In this document: one piece after another, positions 22,843 to 37,079 of the stretch
Numbering within the stretch: position 1 is the first letter of the stretch
Layout of the letters: every line of letters begins with the position of its first letter
Source: Lobosporangium transversale
Taxonomy: Eukaryota
Assembly (NCBI RefSeq): GCF_002105155.1
Contig: NW_019029001.1
Coordinates: forward strand, 434,001 to 498,000
Reading direction: 5' to 3'
Length of the DNA stretch: 64,000 nucleotides
The notes under the pieces: generated by a model
The model's database searches: none
What the model saw: the letters and a program-made list of their open reading frames with translations, nothing else
What the model was told of the DNA's origin: nothing
Position numbers and translations under genes: made by a program

Positions 22843-25800
22843 TGAGCGAGTGTAGTTCTAGGCTTTCATCTCTTTGAAAACATTCTATGATCATTTAAAG
22901 TCAACAAATGCATACTATACCTTGACAGAAAGCTCTCCGCCAAAGAGCACTAACGGGAATTGGCCTATACGGCAGCTCTCCCAGACGTACATTCTTGTTG
23001 ACTTGACTAAACTGTTGAATACAAACCAAGGGCTCAAATCTTGCCCTGCGGCTGCCGCCGTTGCTAGAGCAGCGCCAGCTCCTCCTTTCGTAAAATTAAC
23101 GGACGAAGGATGGATCCACACTGTCTCCTGTTTTGGGCCTGTCACATAAGCTTTCATTTGATCATTCCTCATCATCACCTTAGGATACATCCCCGCTGTG
23201 ATGGCCGCATTCAATACAGGGATCGACCGTTGATAAACATTATATTCCTGAATCACTGGACAGAATGTAATCTTTTGATTAAACCGCTCTTTGTTCAACT
23301 CTCGTTTCGTTTCTGCATCCACCTGCACAAATCCTGTACCAATCAAAAACTCCAGGAACTGTCTTTTCATATCCTCCACCATACTTAGGTTCTGATGGCT
23401 TAAGAAGTTCTTACGACAGTAGTCATAGATACCGCCCATCTTTTGATGTTGCTGATAGGATTGGCGCCAGCCCAAATAAGCATTGTACCATGTCAGCATG
23501 TCCGAATCTGCAAGCTTGAATTTAGCTTTCGCGGCATCAGCCTCATCCTCCGCACCAAACGGTGTCACAAACGGAGATTTGAAGCTGAGCATCGCAGCAA
23601 TGGTCAGGATTGGGTCCAAACACTTGAAGATGGCCCCAAATAGGATCATCTTGCCAATATGAACGTCCACAGGCAAGTTGCATAAATGGATTCCTAATGG
23701 TGTCAGCTCCTCTGTCTTAGTCAAAGCTCGAACATCCTGCAGCGCTTGGATCGCGTTCTCAATCGCCTTTACTGGAGGAGCATCAAGCGCACTTCCCAAG
23801 ACCTCTGCAATCTCTCCAAGCTGACACATTTTTATCATCAGACACAGTTCCTCAAGGGGCATGCGCATGATTTCTGGCATCTGATATTCTGGCATAGTTT
23901 CTTCAAAGGTTGTCTTAGAGAACAAATGAAAGCAGACGCCTTCCTGAACACGTCCAGCACGCCCTCGTCTTTGACGCACGTTCGCTCTAGCGATGAAGCG
24001 CTCTTGTAAAGTCGTGACCCTTTTCTTCTCATCAAATTTGATTTGCTTGGATTTGCCAGTATCGATCACAATGGTCACATCCGGAATTGTGATACCAGTT
24101 TCCGCAATGTTGGTCGCCAATACAATCTTACGAACGCCCGGTGCGGGCGTATCAAAGACTTGGTTTTGACCCTCAGATGAGATAGAGCTGTGTAGTGGCC
24201 ACAGTGAGAATTTAGTTTCGTCTGCGAACCGACGATTGGCCTTGAGGCCATCAAACACTTTGCGAATCTCGGGCATTCCAGGCAGGAATATCAAGATGGC
24301 TCCTTCCCCAGGAATAGAAAGAGAACGCTCTGGTTCGGAGGTGGGGAATCCAATGTCGCCCTGCCATGTACGGCGATCTTCTGGAAAGCAGATATATTCG
24401 AGCAAAAGTTGAATCAACTCATAATTGATCTTGTTCTCATCAATTCGAGCTAGCATTTGATCACTCCTGTTCGCGACCACTGGGTCCTGTAGAGTATCAT
24501 TCATCATCGTTATTCTAGCCTCCGCCTCTTGAGGGATATATGCGCCTTCCATCTCCCTTTCCCATTGGAGATGAACTGTCTGACGACTAGCGCCTTTTCC
24601 AGCAATATCAACCGAACCCTTACCTTTCAAATAGTTTAGAAAAAAGAAGTTAGTTTACGAGCGGCAATAAAACTAAAAAGCGAATCAAAGAAATCGTCGC
24701 CCACCTACTTTGGATATCTTTGCGGTAGCGGACCGCATATTCTGAATCCTCTTCCAGAGTGTAGCCAGTGAATTCGACTACATCCTCCAAAAACTGAGGA
24801 TGAACCGGAAAAGTCCGTCCAGGGACCTCGAGGACTGGACAGCCACCAAAATATTGAGAAAAGCGTGCCGAGTCGACTGTAGCGCTCATTAAGATGATCC
24901 TGAAATAAACAAATTAATATCAATGATTAAATCCGCCATCAAGCTAATAATTCATTCAAGAAAGCCATCAATCAGCCAAATATCAATGTATACACGAAAA
25001 ACTTACTTCAGGTCTGGACGTCGAGGCAGTAGTTTCTTGAGGATGATGAGCAGAAAGTCAGACTCCAAAGTGCGTTCATGGACTTCATCTATGACCAGGT
25101 GAGTGACGCCTTTCAAGTCTCCATCGCTCTCTAGTCGTCTTAGCAGAATACCTGTAGTACAGAATTTGAGGATGTTGGAGGGTGCAACGCGTGATTCTAA
25201 TCGGATCTGATACCCAACTAGTGTATTGGGCTTGCCCGCAGAATTCCTTGCATCTCCCAATTCTTCTGAAACTCGGTTAGCGATCGAGATCGCAGAGATT
25301 CGACGTGGCTGTGTACAAACAATATCGCATTGATCGCCCAGACCAGATTCCAGCATGTACTCTACTAGGTACTGCGGCACTTGTGTACTCTTTCCGCATC
25401 CTGTCTCTCCAGACACGATCAAGACTTGATGGTTCTCTAAAGTTGTCAAGAGTTGATCCCTAAATTTATAGATGGGCAGCTCCTTTCGCTTTTCGAACAG
25501 TTTAATGTAATTGGGTCGTTTGAGTCGTTGTTGCCAGTTTTCCTGTAATGTTCTTCCAATACTTGTAATAAAATTCTTTCCTTCCTTGTCCTTCTGCTCC
25601 TTTGTCTCTATTTTATCAATATCATTGACTAGTCCTATTTCATTTTGGCCAGTATTTCCTCGATTTGGTAACTTGGCTGTCAACCCTTTAATGAATGACA
25701 GACGGTCTCCATCGATAGCCTTTTTGGCTATCCTTCCAGCAGACTCCTTTTCGTCGATCCACTCTAGCCACAGATCACGGTATGTTGGTGGCAGCGATCG

Positions 25801-27774
25801 ATAGAGGGGTAGAGATGTGAGATTATATAGCATTTTTGTTGCAGCATAATTCTCAGCTTCTACCATATTTTCACAGCCTTCCTCGCTCATTTCTGCAGAG
25901 TCTACATTACCACTGCCCCAAGTCACTGTGACTGTGGCCATAGAGGCTGTGGATGAGGAACGTGAAGCCTTCTTGTAGACGACCTTTGAATGGCGATCTT
26001 TCTTACGACAAAACTCTGCTAGCACAACTTTGGGGGATCCACCACTCCAGGATGGGTTTGCCATGACACGTCGGCTCACTGATGATTGGCCTTGTTGAGA
26101 TGGTGTTATTGTAGACGGAGGATCCGTATTTCCCAGGTTTTCCATGTCGCCTATGAATCCAAGCATGTCTCCGCCATCGTCATCTCCAGCGCTCTCTCTT
26201 TCAATAGTTGCTGAAGTAAAAGGGGTAGGACTTTCCTTCATGAGAGCCTCTTGTTCCTTCTCCTTTTTACGCTTTGATTTTTTAGCCCTCTTCTTTTCGT
26301 CAATGAGTCTTTGTTTCAACATGGATTCAGCCAGTTTCTTGTTGAACGTAAAATCAATATCTAGATCATTGATCTTTGAATTCAAGCTCTCCATCTTGCG
26401 AGCGATGGCTTTTCGATCTACGGGCTCCTTTGTTTCCGCAAGGGTCTGAGTCAATTCCACCAGTGTCATTTTGTAACTGACATAGCGTTCGTTCGGATCC
26501 AGTGCTTCTTCTTCGGATTCCTCCTGTAGTTTGAACCGATCCATTCAGGCAATAGAATAGTCAGTAGCTAATGTATGACTGAAACCATAATAAAAAAGAA
26601 AAGACAAAAAATATCATAAGGTTGTGCTTACAGCAAGAGCAGCCTGGAGGATCCATTCCTTTTCCTTGGACGCTGTTATTGTTTCTACTACTGGTTCAAG
26701 AACATGTTCCGGTACTGACGCTTTCTCCCTCTCCTCTTTTTGCGGTTGGGCCGTAGATAGGATCAATATCGAAGTCGATACTGGTAATGATGGTGTATGC
26801 TCAGCGAATGGTTGTGACGAATGAGCCGATATCTTCATTTCTATTTGTAAAAACATAGGTAATGAAAAGTAAGTTGCCTCGCTTCTAATTTGCCATTTCC
26901 CCTATTATATTATAACCATTCCATTTCAGAACTAGATTGGTATGACTTCTTACCTTCGTCATGATAGACCTTGTCTGCAAATCCTCGAGGGAGCTTTTCC
27001 GAATCAAGGTGCATACATAACTACCAGCAAAAGACAAAGAACCTCAGTTTCAGTTCATGCACTGTCTGAAGTGGAGCTGAGAAGAAGCTCAACAGCAAGA
27101 ACAAATGCATTTGGTCATATCATTAGCGCAATACCCAGTCCAATGCATCTTCAGAATCACCAGTGTATGTATGCTTAAGCGCCTCTTCGATATCATCCTT
27201 TTCGAATCCGAGTCGAAGCAATGCCAGATAAGTAACATTTAGTTTGGCGACCGTCTGCTCTTTGTTCAAGTACACATTGGGTTTGAAATCGGCTATAAAA
27301 AAGAAAAAAAGAAAAAAAAAAAAAGAAGAAAATTGTAAACAACTGATGCCTGAAAATGCCCTTACAGTATCACATTCACGCAAGGATATCTTTTTTTATG
27401 CATTTACTCGCGTCCTTGGTCTCAGCTTCTTTCAACAATCCAATGACGCTATTCTCCAAGTTGGACTCCATCTTCAATACAGGCAGGGTGTCGATATTGA
27501 TCTTTTGAGTTTGGCCCAAGAAAGCATCTACTTTCTTCAATGAAAGACTCTCAAGCCTCTCTGCCAACGACACAAATTCATCTTCAAGTTCTTCTTCTAT
27601 TGGTGGCGGTGGTGTGGCTACAAGTGCGTTAGCATCAGGAGCTGCTGCAGGCGCAGGTGCAGGTTCAGGTTCAGGTTCAGGTTCAGCAGCACCGGGTTTT
27701 GCTTTAGGGATAGATGTCGTAGCAAAGCCCCTTGCAGCTGCATTTGCGTACTTGTTCTTCTTCTTGGGTGGCAT
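22454..27774 (-). CDS. DEAH/RHA RNA helicase, DHX29/DHX57-like, multi-exon
   Basis: GETGCGKSTQ, TQPRRISA, DEVHER, MSAT, ATNIAETGITI, QRRGRAGRV, HA2 region; N-terminal UBA-like EDALDW. Confidence 0.93.
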
Positions 27775-28126
27775 TTGATTTCCGTGTCTAGTTGAGGGAT
27801 GTGTCAATGAGATGAAGAGAAGGAATGAACTGCATCGCTGATCTCTTTATTAGCCCGCAGCAAGCGTGGTTTTCCACTACACTAAATCTACGTTCATAAC
27901 GAAGTGTCTGCCTTTGTACGACCTTTTGAGACACAATTTTCATAACCTTATTCAGCAATCTGCTGTACGGGAGCTATCAGAATCTTGTGCCTTTCCGCCC
28001 AAGCACAAAATATATACATGTTATTCAATAGTAAAAAGCAGCAAGTATGAAGGACACAATAACTCTTTATTTGACAGATGTGTGAATCAAGGCATAGTGG
28101 TTTAAAATAATAGCGCTTTTTTATTT

Positions 28127-29515
28127 TTACATGTTGCTGGTGAAGAACCACTTGTCAATCGAGGCATCGATGGGAGCGGGTGCCTTGGCTGAGGCAGCAG
28201 GAATGCTCTTGGCGATTTGGTCGTCAGCAGCAATCTTATAAGGGCTGTTGTCAACATGAAGGTTGGACCTAATGAACCCAAAGATAAAAAACATTATATG
28301 TCAGATTAGGCAATATCCAAGATACACATGGTTTACTTTTCTCATGGCCAACTTACACTTTGATATCATAAGCTTCTGCCTTAGGAGGGATTTCCCCAGT
28401 GATGAGACGCTTCCAGGCATGGTGGGTCTCCTCAATGACTTTGGTTGCGTAGGCCTTGTCCTTGGCAGCCCCATTGAATGCAAATTCATTTTCGGGCTTG
28501 CCATCGGGCTTCTTGTAAATGCGGAACCAGTCACGAGTAGCATCAATGAGGCCAGGAAGGTGCTTCTCAACATCAGCGATATCATTGAGCTCATCAGCCA
28601 AGGGATCCTTAATATCGATCACAATGACTTTCCAGTCAGTCTCACCTAATTATCGCATTATCCCAAACGAAAAACGAGGACAATAAATAGACAATATTAG
28701 AAGGCTGCTCATCATCGTTCTGATAAAGCTTGGTTTGTATTTGTTTCCAACAGGAGGTACAAAACAATAGTGTGGAGTAATGTTGAACTCCTAAATCATG
28801 CAATCATGCAAGAGACCGATGGAAATGATGACGGGAAATAAAAAAAAAAACGTCTATGTTCTATTCCTTACCCTCATCCAAGAGAGCGATAACACCAAGT
28901 GCCTTGACTTGCTTGATTTGACCGGTGTATCCAACCGACTCGCCAATCTCACAGACATCCAAAGGATCGTTGTCTCCACGAGCCTGAGTATCATGATCGA
29001 TATGAGTAGGGTCCTCCCATGTCTGTAAAATCAGGGGTGATAAATATATAACAATTGCAGAACGCTGAGTAACCGTTGATAACCTACTTATTGTAGCCAA
29101 TTTTTTTTTTTCTTTTTTACCTGAGGCAACGCGCCATAATTCCAGATGTAGCCGTGATGGGGGAAGCAGTTACGAACGAAGCGAAGTTTGCCCTTCTTGA
29201 CATCTTGCTTAATGGGGTTAAGTTCCTCATCCTTGGAGATTTCAAGCTTGGCATTGGTCCATCGAGGGATCTCAACGATCATGTTGTACACGTTCTTTGC
29301 CTCATTGGTATATAGGGGAATGTCATGGAATGGCGAAATAGGGGTGCCGTTCTTTTCTAAACAAGGGTAGTGATTGATAAGGTTGATATTTAATCTACTG
29401 GATGCTGTTCAATCTATTACCATGTAAATGACGAACTGATGTTTTACTTACCAATAAAGACACGGTGCTCAAGAGTGTTGGGTGCACCAATGACACGGGT
29501 GGAATATTCAGACAT
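28127..29515 (-). CDS. IPP1: Inorganic pyrophosphatase, multi-exon
   Basis: [58 protein letters not shown]. Confidence 0.96.
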
Positions 29516-30286
29516 GTTGAATAGTGAAGAAGCAAAGACAGAGGATGAGTGAAAGGATGCGTGACGAGGCAGTTGGTGCAAGGAAATCAGACGACAAGAA
29601 GTAGGAGGAAGGAGAGATGTGGAGGTAGTTAAGCGAAGAGGAATGCGACAAAGGCGAAATGAGGTTTTGATCAATGACGCCAGGTTGGAAAAGCTGAATT
29701 GATTGAGAGGATGTTAGTGTGGTGTGGGAAATGTATAATGATCCGACATATCTGCCAGAAATGTCGTGCTTTTTGATCAATGGTATCACGTGTAACCCTG
29801 ATCTTCCAAAAATTAAGTGACTGCGACGGGATGTCGCGCCACAACTAAAATTTGCAACAGAGTTTCGGGCAGTCATTCTCCAGTTAGGGAAATCTTTGTA
29901 TCGATTGGACATTTTACTCAAGAATAGGAGTTGATGTATTATATACGAGAAATTAACATTATGGGTTAATCAAAATATCTAATACAGATGCGTTAACATC
30001 AGATCCATTTGAACCTCTGCCATAACCAGCAGGTCCTATTATTGTGCTCACATAACGTGTGGCCCCATATAATCTAATCCATGCTGAAGTTACTCCATTA
30101 CTGCGAATCATATAGTAGATTAACCATGAATTTCTCACGCGATCCAAATAAAAATAAATGACAAAATGCCCCTCCATTAATACATTGACACATCCACTTC
30201 ATCTATTCTTCCTTTTGTCTTTCATGAACTGATTGTTCTTTTTTTATTCTTCCTTTGAATGGAACGTGTCTTGCTGTCTTTCCGTG

Positions 30287-32206
30287 ATGATCATTGAATC
30301 CCGTCTCGTTGTTATCCTGCTCACTTTCACAGCTGGAGGTCTATTCTTGGCCATATCCCACCACACGGCCAATCTCCATAATTATAAACCCATTGCAATC
30401 GATATTCTCGACCATGCTCACATACATAATGACAATACTCCGCTAGGAGAATATAACTATTGCCAGGCATCACGGCCAACGTTGAAGACATATCCATCAC
30501 CTAAGGTAAAATACAAAGCATCTAAGTACAACAGGATAAATCCCATGAACGACAGCTTTGCTCAACCTCATATTTCGTTAATGACATTTATAATATAATG
30601 CTATGCATTCTTTCAGTAGCTCGGTTCTCCTTAACCAAGGCAGCATTTAACTGTTCATTTATTTTTTTTATTTTTATTTTTTTTTTGGGTTTTAGTTAAA
30701 GGGATCAACCTTGATGAATTCACAGATCTTTATTCGTCATGGCGATCGGTAAGCCTTTCAGCTTTTTCTCTCTCAATCTTTTTTGTAAAAAAATGCGACA
30801 GAAGCCACGTTTTCATTTTACTGATGTCTCTTGGCCACATTTTTCAAAATAGCACGCCAATTGCTGTCCTACCATTAGATTTAAATCTGACGTGGGACTG
30901 CACTAATGCGGATGCATTTGCCTTCACAGGATTCCGTACAAAAAAGGACGAACGTGCACCTTTTCAGTACGCTAACGTGGTTGCTCATCAAGTCGTTACA
31001 ACCTCGGGATCACCTTTTGCTGCAACACGTATGTGGAAGGGCAACTGTATGCCGGGCCAATTGACACCTGTAGGAGCCATGCAGCATCGCAAACTGGGCG
31101 CAGCTCTTCGTCAGATCTATGTTGATAATCTAAAATCGCTACCTGCTGACTATGACCCCGAAACTGTTTACATTCGCAGTACTGGTAAACTTATTTTTTA
31201 AGTAAAAGTCAACGATGGGAATATAGTCATTTACTTTAGGACATCAGCGAATGTCCGATATCTATCTGTATATTTATCCTCAGTTCTTCTTCATCACAAC
31301 TAGACTTTTGGCGTACAAAGCAGAGTGCGGAGAATTTTATGGCAGGACTCTATGGCATTCAGCACCACTCAGAATCTTCACCGCCTCCTGTGTTGCATAT
31401 TCATACTCTTCCAACTGAGATTGACTATCTGACTATAAATTCTGGGGCCTGCCCGCGCGTCTCACAATTGCGAACCGCGATTGGCAAGTCCTCCGAGGCC
31501 TTAAGGAAGCTACGAGAGGATAATGTTGAGTTCAATAACGAGTTGATTGAGATCTTGGGCGAAGAAAAATCATGGTCTGGTTATTTGGACACGGTCATGC
31601 CCAGGATATGTCATAAAATGCCATTGCAATGCAATGGAGATAAATGTGTGACCTCTAAGGCAGCCAAAAGGATACTTGACAATGTTCATGTCCAAAATAC
31701 AGTGATGTATCGAGATGGCAACGGCGTGCTTGAGTTGTTGCAATTAGGTATCGGACCTTTGGCAAGTGATATTAAGCAGAACTTGTTAATAGCCAAGGAA
31801 GGTAATAGCAAAGTCCGGTTGAGCTTTTACTCTGGGCATGACACGACCATCCAGCCATTGCTGGGTATGTTTGACGCTGAAGACCAGCAATGGCCTCCTT
31901 ATGTAAGCTATTTATGTTACAAAAAAAAAAACTTTTCAATTCAGGAATTTCCTTAACATGGGTTCAAGGATATGACATTAACATTTGACGGCCTATTGTC
32001 ATTCTTTTTTTTAGGCATCAAACATAATACTAGAACTCTGGAAATCCTCCCCCGGTGAGCACTTTGTCCGTGTCCTTTACAATGGCGAGGTTCTCGATGT
32101 GAAATCGAACTGGTGTGATCTTGAGTGGTGTCCTTTTGATACCTTCATTAAGTATCTGGACAGATTTATTCTTAAAGACCTCATGGCAAAATGCCAGAGT
32201 CAGTAA
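30287..32206 (+). CDS. Histidine acid phosphatase, signal-anchored or secreted, multi-exon
   Basis: N-terminal hydrophobic segment; RHGDR across a splice junction at ~30748; GQLT..G..QH..LG; YSGHDTT; WPPY. Confidence 0.88.
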
Positions 32207-32796
32207 AATAAAAGCTTTGATAGCAGAGAGTAAATATGTGTAAAAGTAAAAACACCACTTTCGCAATTACATTTTAGTATATGTCATTGCTCAATTCCCT
32301 TTCTTCTCCTCGCGAGTTGCTCAAATCTCAACATTCTAGTAGGTCGTCGCATCATGGATGATGAGCTATTCGGTGCCAAATCCTCAATGAAAAGATTGGG
32401 CCTGCCAGAGTGATCAAGCAAACCATTCACACAGACATGTACCTATAAGTTTGTAACATACTGTAATGACGTATTTATTGCTCTACATTATTTCTGCAAT
32501 CGTTATCCATTCCACCGGCGTTGAACTGGTCTTTGGCTGGATGATACCCTTTCCTATGATCAGCAATATAGAACATCTTACCTGTTTTCATATACCAAGA
32601 GTCAATCCGAGGCGCGTGAAATGGCTGAAATTAGTCCATCATTAACTGCTTAGTTAATCGGGCAGACAAAATGTCTCACATCTTTGTCCTTAAGTATCAT
32701 TTTTTGGCTTCTTTCTCTTCTTTCTTCTGTTTCATACTCTCTTTATTTATCTTCTTGCTCTAGTTTCCTATTCATAAACAACGACTTCACCACATC

Positions 32797-33243
32797 ATGA
32801 ATGAACAAAACAACACAACCGCTGATAATCACAATATCCACGGCCCCAACTTTGTCAGAAAAATTGTTGATAAAGTCACCGGCAAGCACCACCAAGGTCA
32901 TTCCGATAAAGAACATCATGGGGATGGCACCCCCAAGCATCATCAGCAGCAGCATAATACCCATCATCAGTATGGCAGCCCTGTAAACCGCCACGACAAT
33001 GCATATGTTGGCGAAGCTGAAATCGTAGGTGCTCATGCCATCCCGCCAATGACAACACATGCGGATCCAACTTATCGTAACGAACAGCAACGTCAGAAGG
33101 CGCATGTGCAAGCGCAGAAGCAGACCCAGGCCTTGTCCAACCCTTCAGCGCAGCAGCCCGCAACCACTAATGTTGTGCTCCCTTTCCAGGGTGACCCTAC
33201 GGTCGGTCATAATTATCACGCTGCCGAAAATGAACGCCAGTGA
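32797..33243 (+). CDS. Small His/Gln-rich hypothetical protein
   Basis: 148-aa ATG-started ORF with a pyrimidine-rich leader and AATAAA downstream; no family recognised. Confidence 0.55.
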   Translation: MNEQNNTTADNHNIHGPNFVRKIVDKVTGKHHQGHSDKEHHGDGTPKHHQQQHNTHHQYGSPVNRHDNAYVGEAEIVGAHAIPPMTTHADPTYRNEQQRQKAHVQAQKQTQALSNPSAQQPATTNVVLPFQGDPTVGHNYHAAENERQ

Positions 33244-33496
33244 CCATTTGTATAAAATATCCTTCATTAGCTCCCAAAAGTAGTATATGACCCATCTTTT
33301 CAGACCTGCTTCATGCATAACATAATTAATAAACATTGTTAGCTTCATTTAGTTTCCCAGACTAATACCTCTGATGTAATAATCCTTCTCTCAACTTGAT
33401 CAAAATCTCACTCGTACCCATACCTGGTTCGCTATGATGGTGAATGTGGCCCTTCTCTCTTTTTGTTACTATTCACAGATGTTCAAGACCTTGGAC

Positions 33497-33805
33497 TTTT
33501 ATTTTATTTTTGATAAAGAGGATTCGCGAGGACATGTAGAATTCATTAAAGTATATTTATTAAGACGTTAGCTCACGCCTTCCGGCACCAGATCAATATT
33601 ATATTTACACTCTTTTCTTCTCTCTAAGAGACAATATTACAAGGACCTACAAGAACATTATTTACCTTTTTTTTCCTTTGTAACAATTTGTCTCTCTAAA
33701 CGAACAACGTTATAAAACTGAAGGACTATCTAGTCTAGAATGTAATTGATACCTAATCCTCCGAAGAGGATCGCTTTATAGGCCCCAAAAGTCTAGTCAC
33801 GTTCC

Positions 33806-33836
<31 letters not shown>

Positions 33837-34057
33837 TAACAAAGGGCCCTCTCAGGGCTATGGGATTTATTTTCTACACTCCATGAACAAAATACTCCAA
33901 CGCTCCTTCGGTAAGCTCTTCGGGTGCCGCGCGACTATTGCCACGGCTCATCATCGTGTTTAACGTCGAAAACATACTGTTGCAAGAAAGGGGTCGCCCC
34001 ATTCTTTAATGGTTGTCATCTGCCACTGTCTTTACGAGCTCTGCGGCGATGGGTCTA
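33497..34057 (-). mobile_element. Two stacked non-LTR retrotransposon 3' fragments (~33497-33806 and 33808-34057)
   Basis: Each starts with a T-rich tract followed by GATAA/AATAAC and a tail motif resembling that of the adjacent LINE. Confidence 0.6.
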
Positions 34058-34058
34058 T

Positions 34059-35800
34059 TTTTTTTTTTTTTTTTTTTTTTTTTTGATAACAAGGACCCAC
34101 GAGGTCATGTAGGATTTATTTAGATGATTTAGATGTTAGCTCTATAAATGGGTTGCCCCATTACTGGGGTCGCAAATAAAGCGGTATCCAATAATCGGCC
34201 GAAGCCGCATCGTCATACTGCCACAGTACTACATCCTGTTCATAAACCACGTCAGCATTGAGTAGACTTCCTTGGTCCCAGAGGACCTGTGGCACGGCTC
34301 TACTCCCTACTTGGCCTGTTGTGCGCGAAGGTCATCCTTTAGCCGCTGTCCTCAATCATCAAAAATTTACAGCTTTCCAGGCGCTCCATAATCGCCAATT
34401 CCACCTGCTGCCGGTAGCTTGCCGCCACTCGCCGGTCTGCCTCAGTCCTGATCACCTTCACATCTGCTGTTCGTCGTTGTCCCTGGTGAGAGCCAAAGAA
34501 TTCACCTCTGCTACGTCTGTGCCTCCCAACACAGTTGCGTCCCCTGGCGCGTTTGCTCACAGAGGTGATACCATTGTCTCTTTCCCAGTTGACGGTGACT
34601 TTGCAGCGTCTGTTCCAGATTTCAGTCCTGCCGAGTTCCTCGATTGACTTGACAAAGCGGCAAACAATGTACCTTGAGATCGATGCTGTGGTTCTGAAGA
34701 TCGTCTTCCATTTTTGTATCAGTTCCTTCGGCACCAAACCGTGGTACAAGTCTTGGACAGTCCAGTGGGCATCCTCACCCTCGTTCCTCCGTCCCATATC
34801 CACATCTTCCTCACCAAACAGAGTGCTCGCATGTCGAATCTCTCTGACGCCCTTGAACATCGCTTCCAAAGAGCCCCAAATCACGTTGTCGGCTACAGGT
34901 GTAAACGAGGGGCCTCCTTTATTCAGGTTTGGCTCCTGTGTTTTCCCTTGTTTGTCTTCCCAGAGCTTCTTCTCCTTCACTAATGCTCTTTTGCCATCCT
35001 TCGTGATGAGTTCTATGGCCTGCTTCCAACCTTTCAATTGCTCGTCCAGTGTCATGGGACATCGCCAGAGGTGTTCTATATCCTCCTGCTCCTGTTCACA
35101 CATCCTGCAGATGTCAGTCTCATACAGGTCCGGTCGCCACTGCCTCATATAAGTGAGTGTAGGAAGCATACCATGGACCTTCTTTATTCTGTGCGCTCTC
35201 TTGTGACAATCTGCTGGGCTGGTGAAGAGGCCTCTAAGCGTGTTGCCATCGTGAAGAATATGCAGGCTTGCTTTCCATTCTAATTCTCGCCAGTCTGTAA
35301 TATAATTCCTGACTCTGTTCTGAGACGCCCACAAGTAATGTGTTCTCACTACTGATTGGAGTTTTAGCAGGTGTCTAAGATCATCCTCCACCACCTCGTT
35401 CTCGAAAATAGCGTGACAGCGCAGATCGTTGTGTTCCAGTCCTTTGATTGTCCACATTTCGCTAAAATGAGCATCTTTGGCGGCTTGGTCTGCCCTTATA
35501 TTGCCTCTATTCCCAGCATGGCCTTTGACCCATTTCACAGTTACCTTCCCGCCCTGCTTAAAGAGCGCTCTCGAAATGGCTGCCCACCACACTGCGTACT
35601 TGGATCGCAATCGCTGCCGTTCAGTGCTTGTTTCTCGCTTTTGAGCAAGGTCCTTGAACTGAACCACTACCGCCATGTTGTCTATGTAGACAGTCGTTGG
35701 AACGTTACGGGGACTGACTAGGATGGCTGCGTACAGTCCTACTAGCTCTGCCTTGGTGGATGAAGCATACCCATCGACTCTACCTGGCGATCTTGTAGAT
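34059..35800 (-). mobile_element. 5'-truncated L1/Tx1-like LINE retaining RNase H and a C-terminal zinc-binding domain
   Basis: Open frame 34339-35811 with RNase H motifs (SSTKAEL, YIDN, KWVKGHAGNRGNIRAD) and CRMC..EDIEHLWRCP; 3' UTR and poly(A) at 34059-34084. Confidence 0.9.
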
Positions 35801-37079
35801 CGAAGAGCCATGATATTTGAATTTTGAATTTTCTCTGCATTTTCTATAAGTGCACAATGCTCAAATCACGTGATAAGAACACTTAAAGGGAATATGGTAG
35901 TCTTGAATAAACTTCTGTAAAACCGCAATTGATACTTTTGCTGCTTTCAGTCTAATCCTCTGCACCTAAAAAGTAGCAGTGAAAATGGCATGCAAGCAGG
36001 CTTGGGTTCTACTCCCAGGTGAAAAAAAGAAGAGTAATGCAAGAAGCGGTGACACGGAGTCTCGAAGCGGCATGGGCTGATTAAATCCACAGCTCTTCTG
36101 TCGTCAATAGTACTTCCAAGATCAGAAACAATGCCTCAGGTCAGCCGTCGCTCGAATGCAAACCGCGATATTCTATTAACCAAGGCATCGAACATTTTTA
36201 GCCTTTTTCTGACTCAGTTATCATGAACGAATGAATATGAACACTTTTATTCTTGCTCACTGTGTCAAAATTCTCAGATCAATTGTTTCTCTCATTACGC
36301 ATCATTTTCTCAGGTTAGCACTAACCCTCGCTCCTAATTCAATTAAAGACGTTTTTATTTATTTATTTTTTTTGCGATGAATATATTATCATAATTTTAG
36401 AGGACTATGGATGACTGTGAGTAGCAATCAAAATGAATGATGTTCATTAATGATCGTAATGCTTGATTAAAAAGAGAAATGAGGGGCCCTCTATTTATTA
36501 AATGTTGAACTCAACTTTACAAATTTATACATAGACTTTATCTGTTTAGATCATGTTTGTATCTTGCTGCGTACAAGATCAAGCATGCGTTCGTTGACAG
36601 CGAAGACGTTTTACTTTAGATGGCACTACCTTCCCTAGACAGAGCGCGTATTTGGTGTATATATTTACTAATCAAGATGCATGGATGATTGCTGAGTCTT
36701 GAATGTCTGAACATTGGCAATACGTTTGCGGGCGTTTTCTTAGCGCAATTCCTTCATCCACTACCTAAAAAAAGAAAAAAAACCTGGATGGCAGTAATGA
36801 AATGACATCTCTTCTTGCTATGTGCGTGTGGCATTCCAATATATAGATATGTATTCTAACAGCCTTTTAGAGTCATACTTTTGACCTTTGAAGAAGTTTG
36901 TTCTGGATAATAAAAAAACTGTCAGTCTAATATGTCATCTATTTGCTGCTAGGTGCCGGTGCAAATGTCAAGGAAGACAATTCTCTCACAGTACGAAAAG
37001 GATAAAAAAGCGAAGACGCGTGGCACTTGATCTAGATTGCAAAAGCTCCAATTAAACAATTATGATGTAGAAGGGTTGT

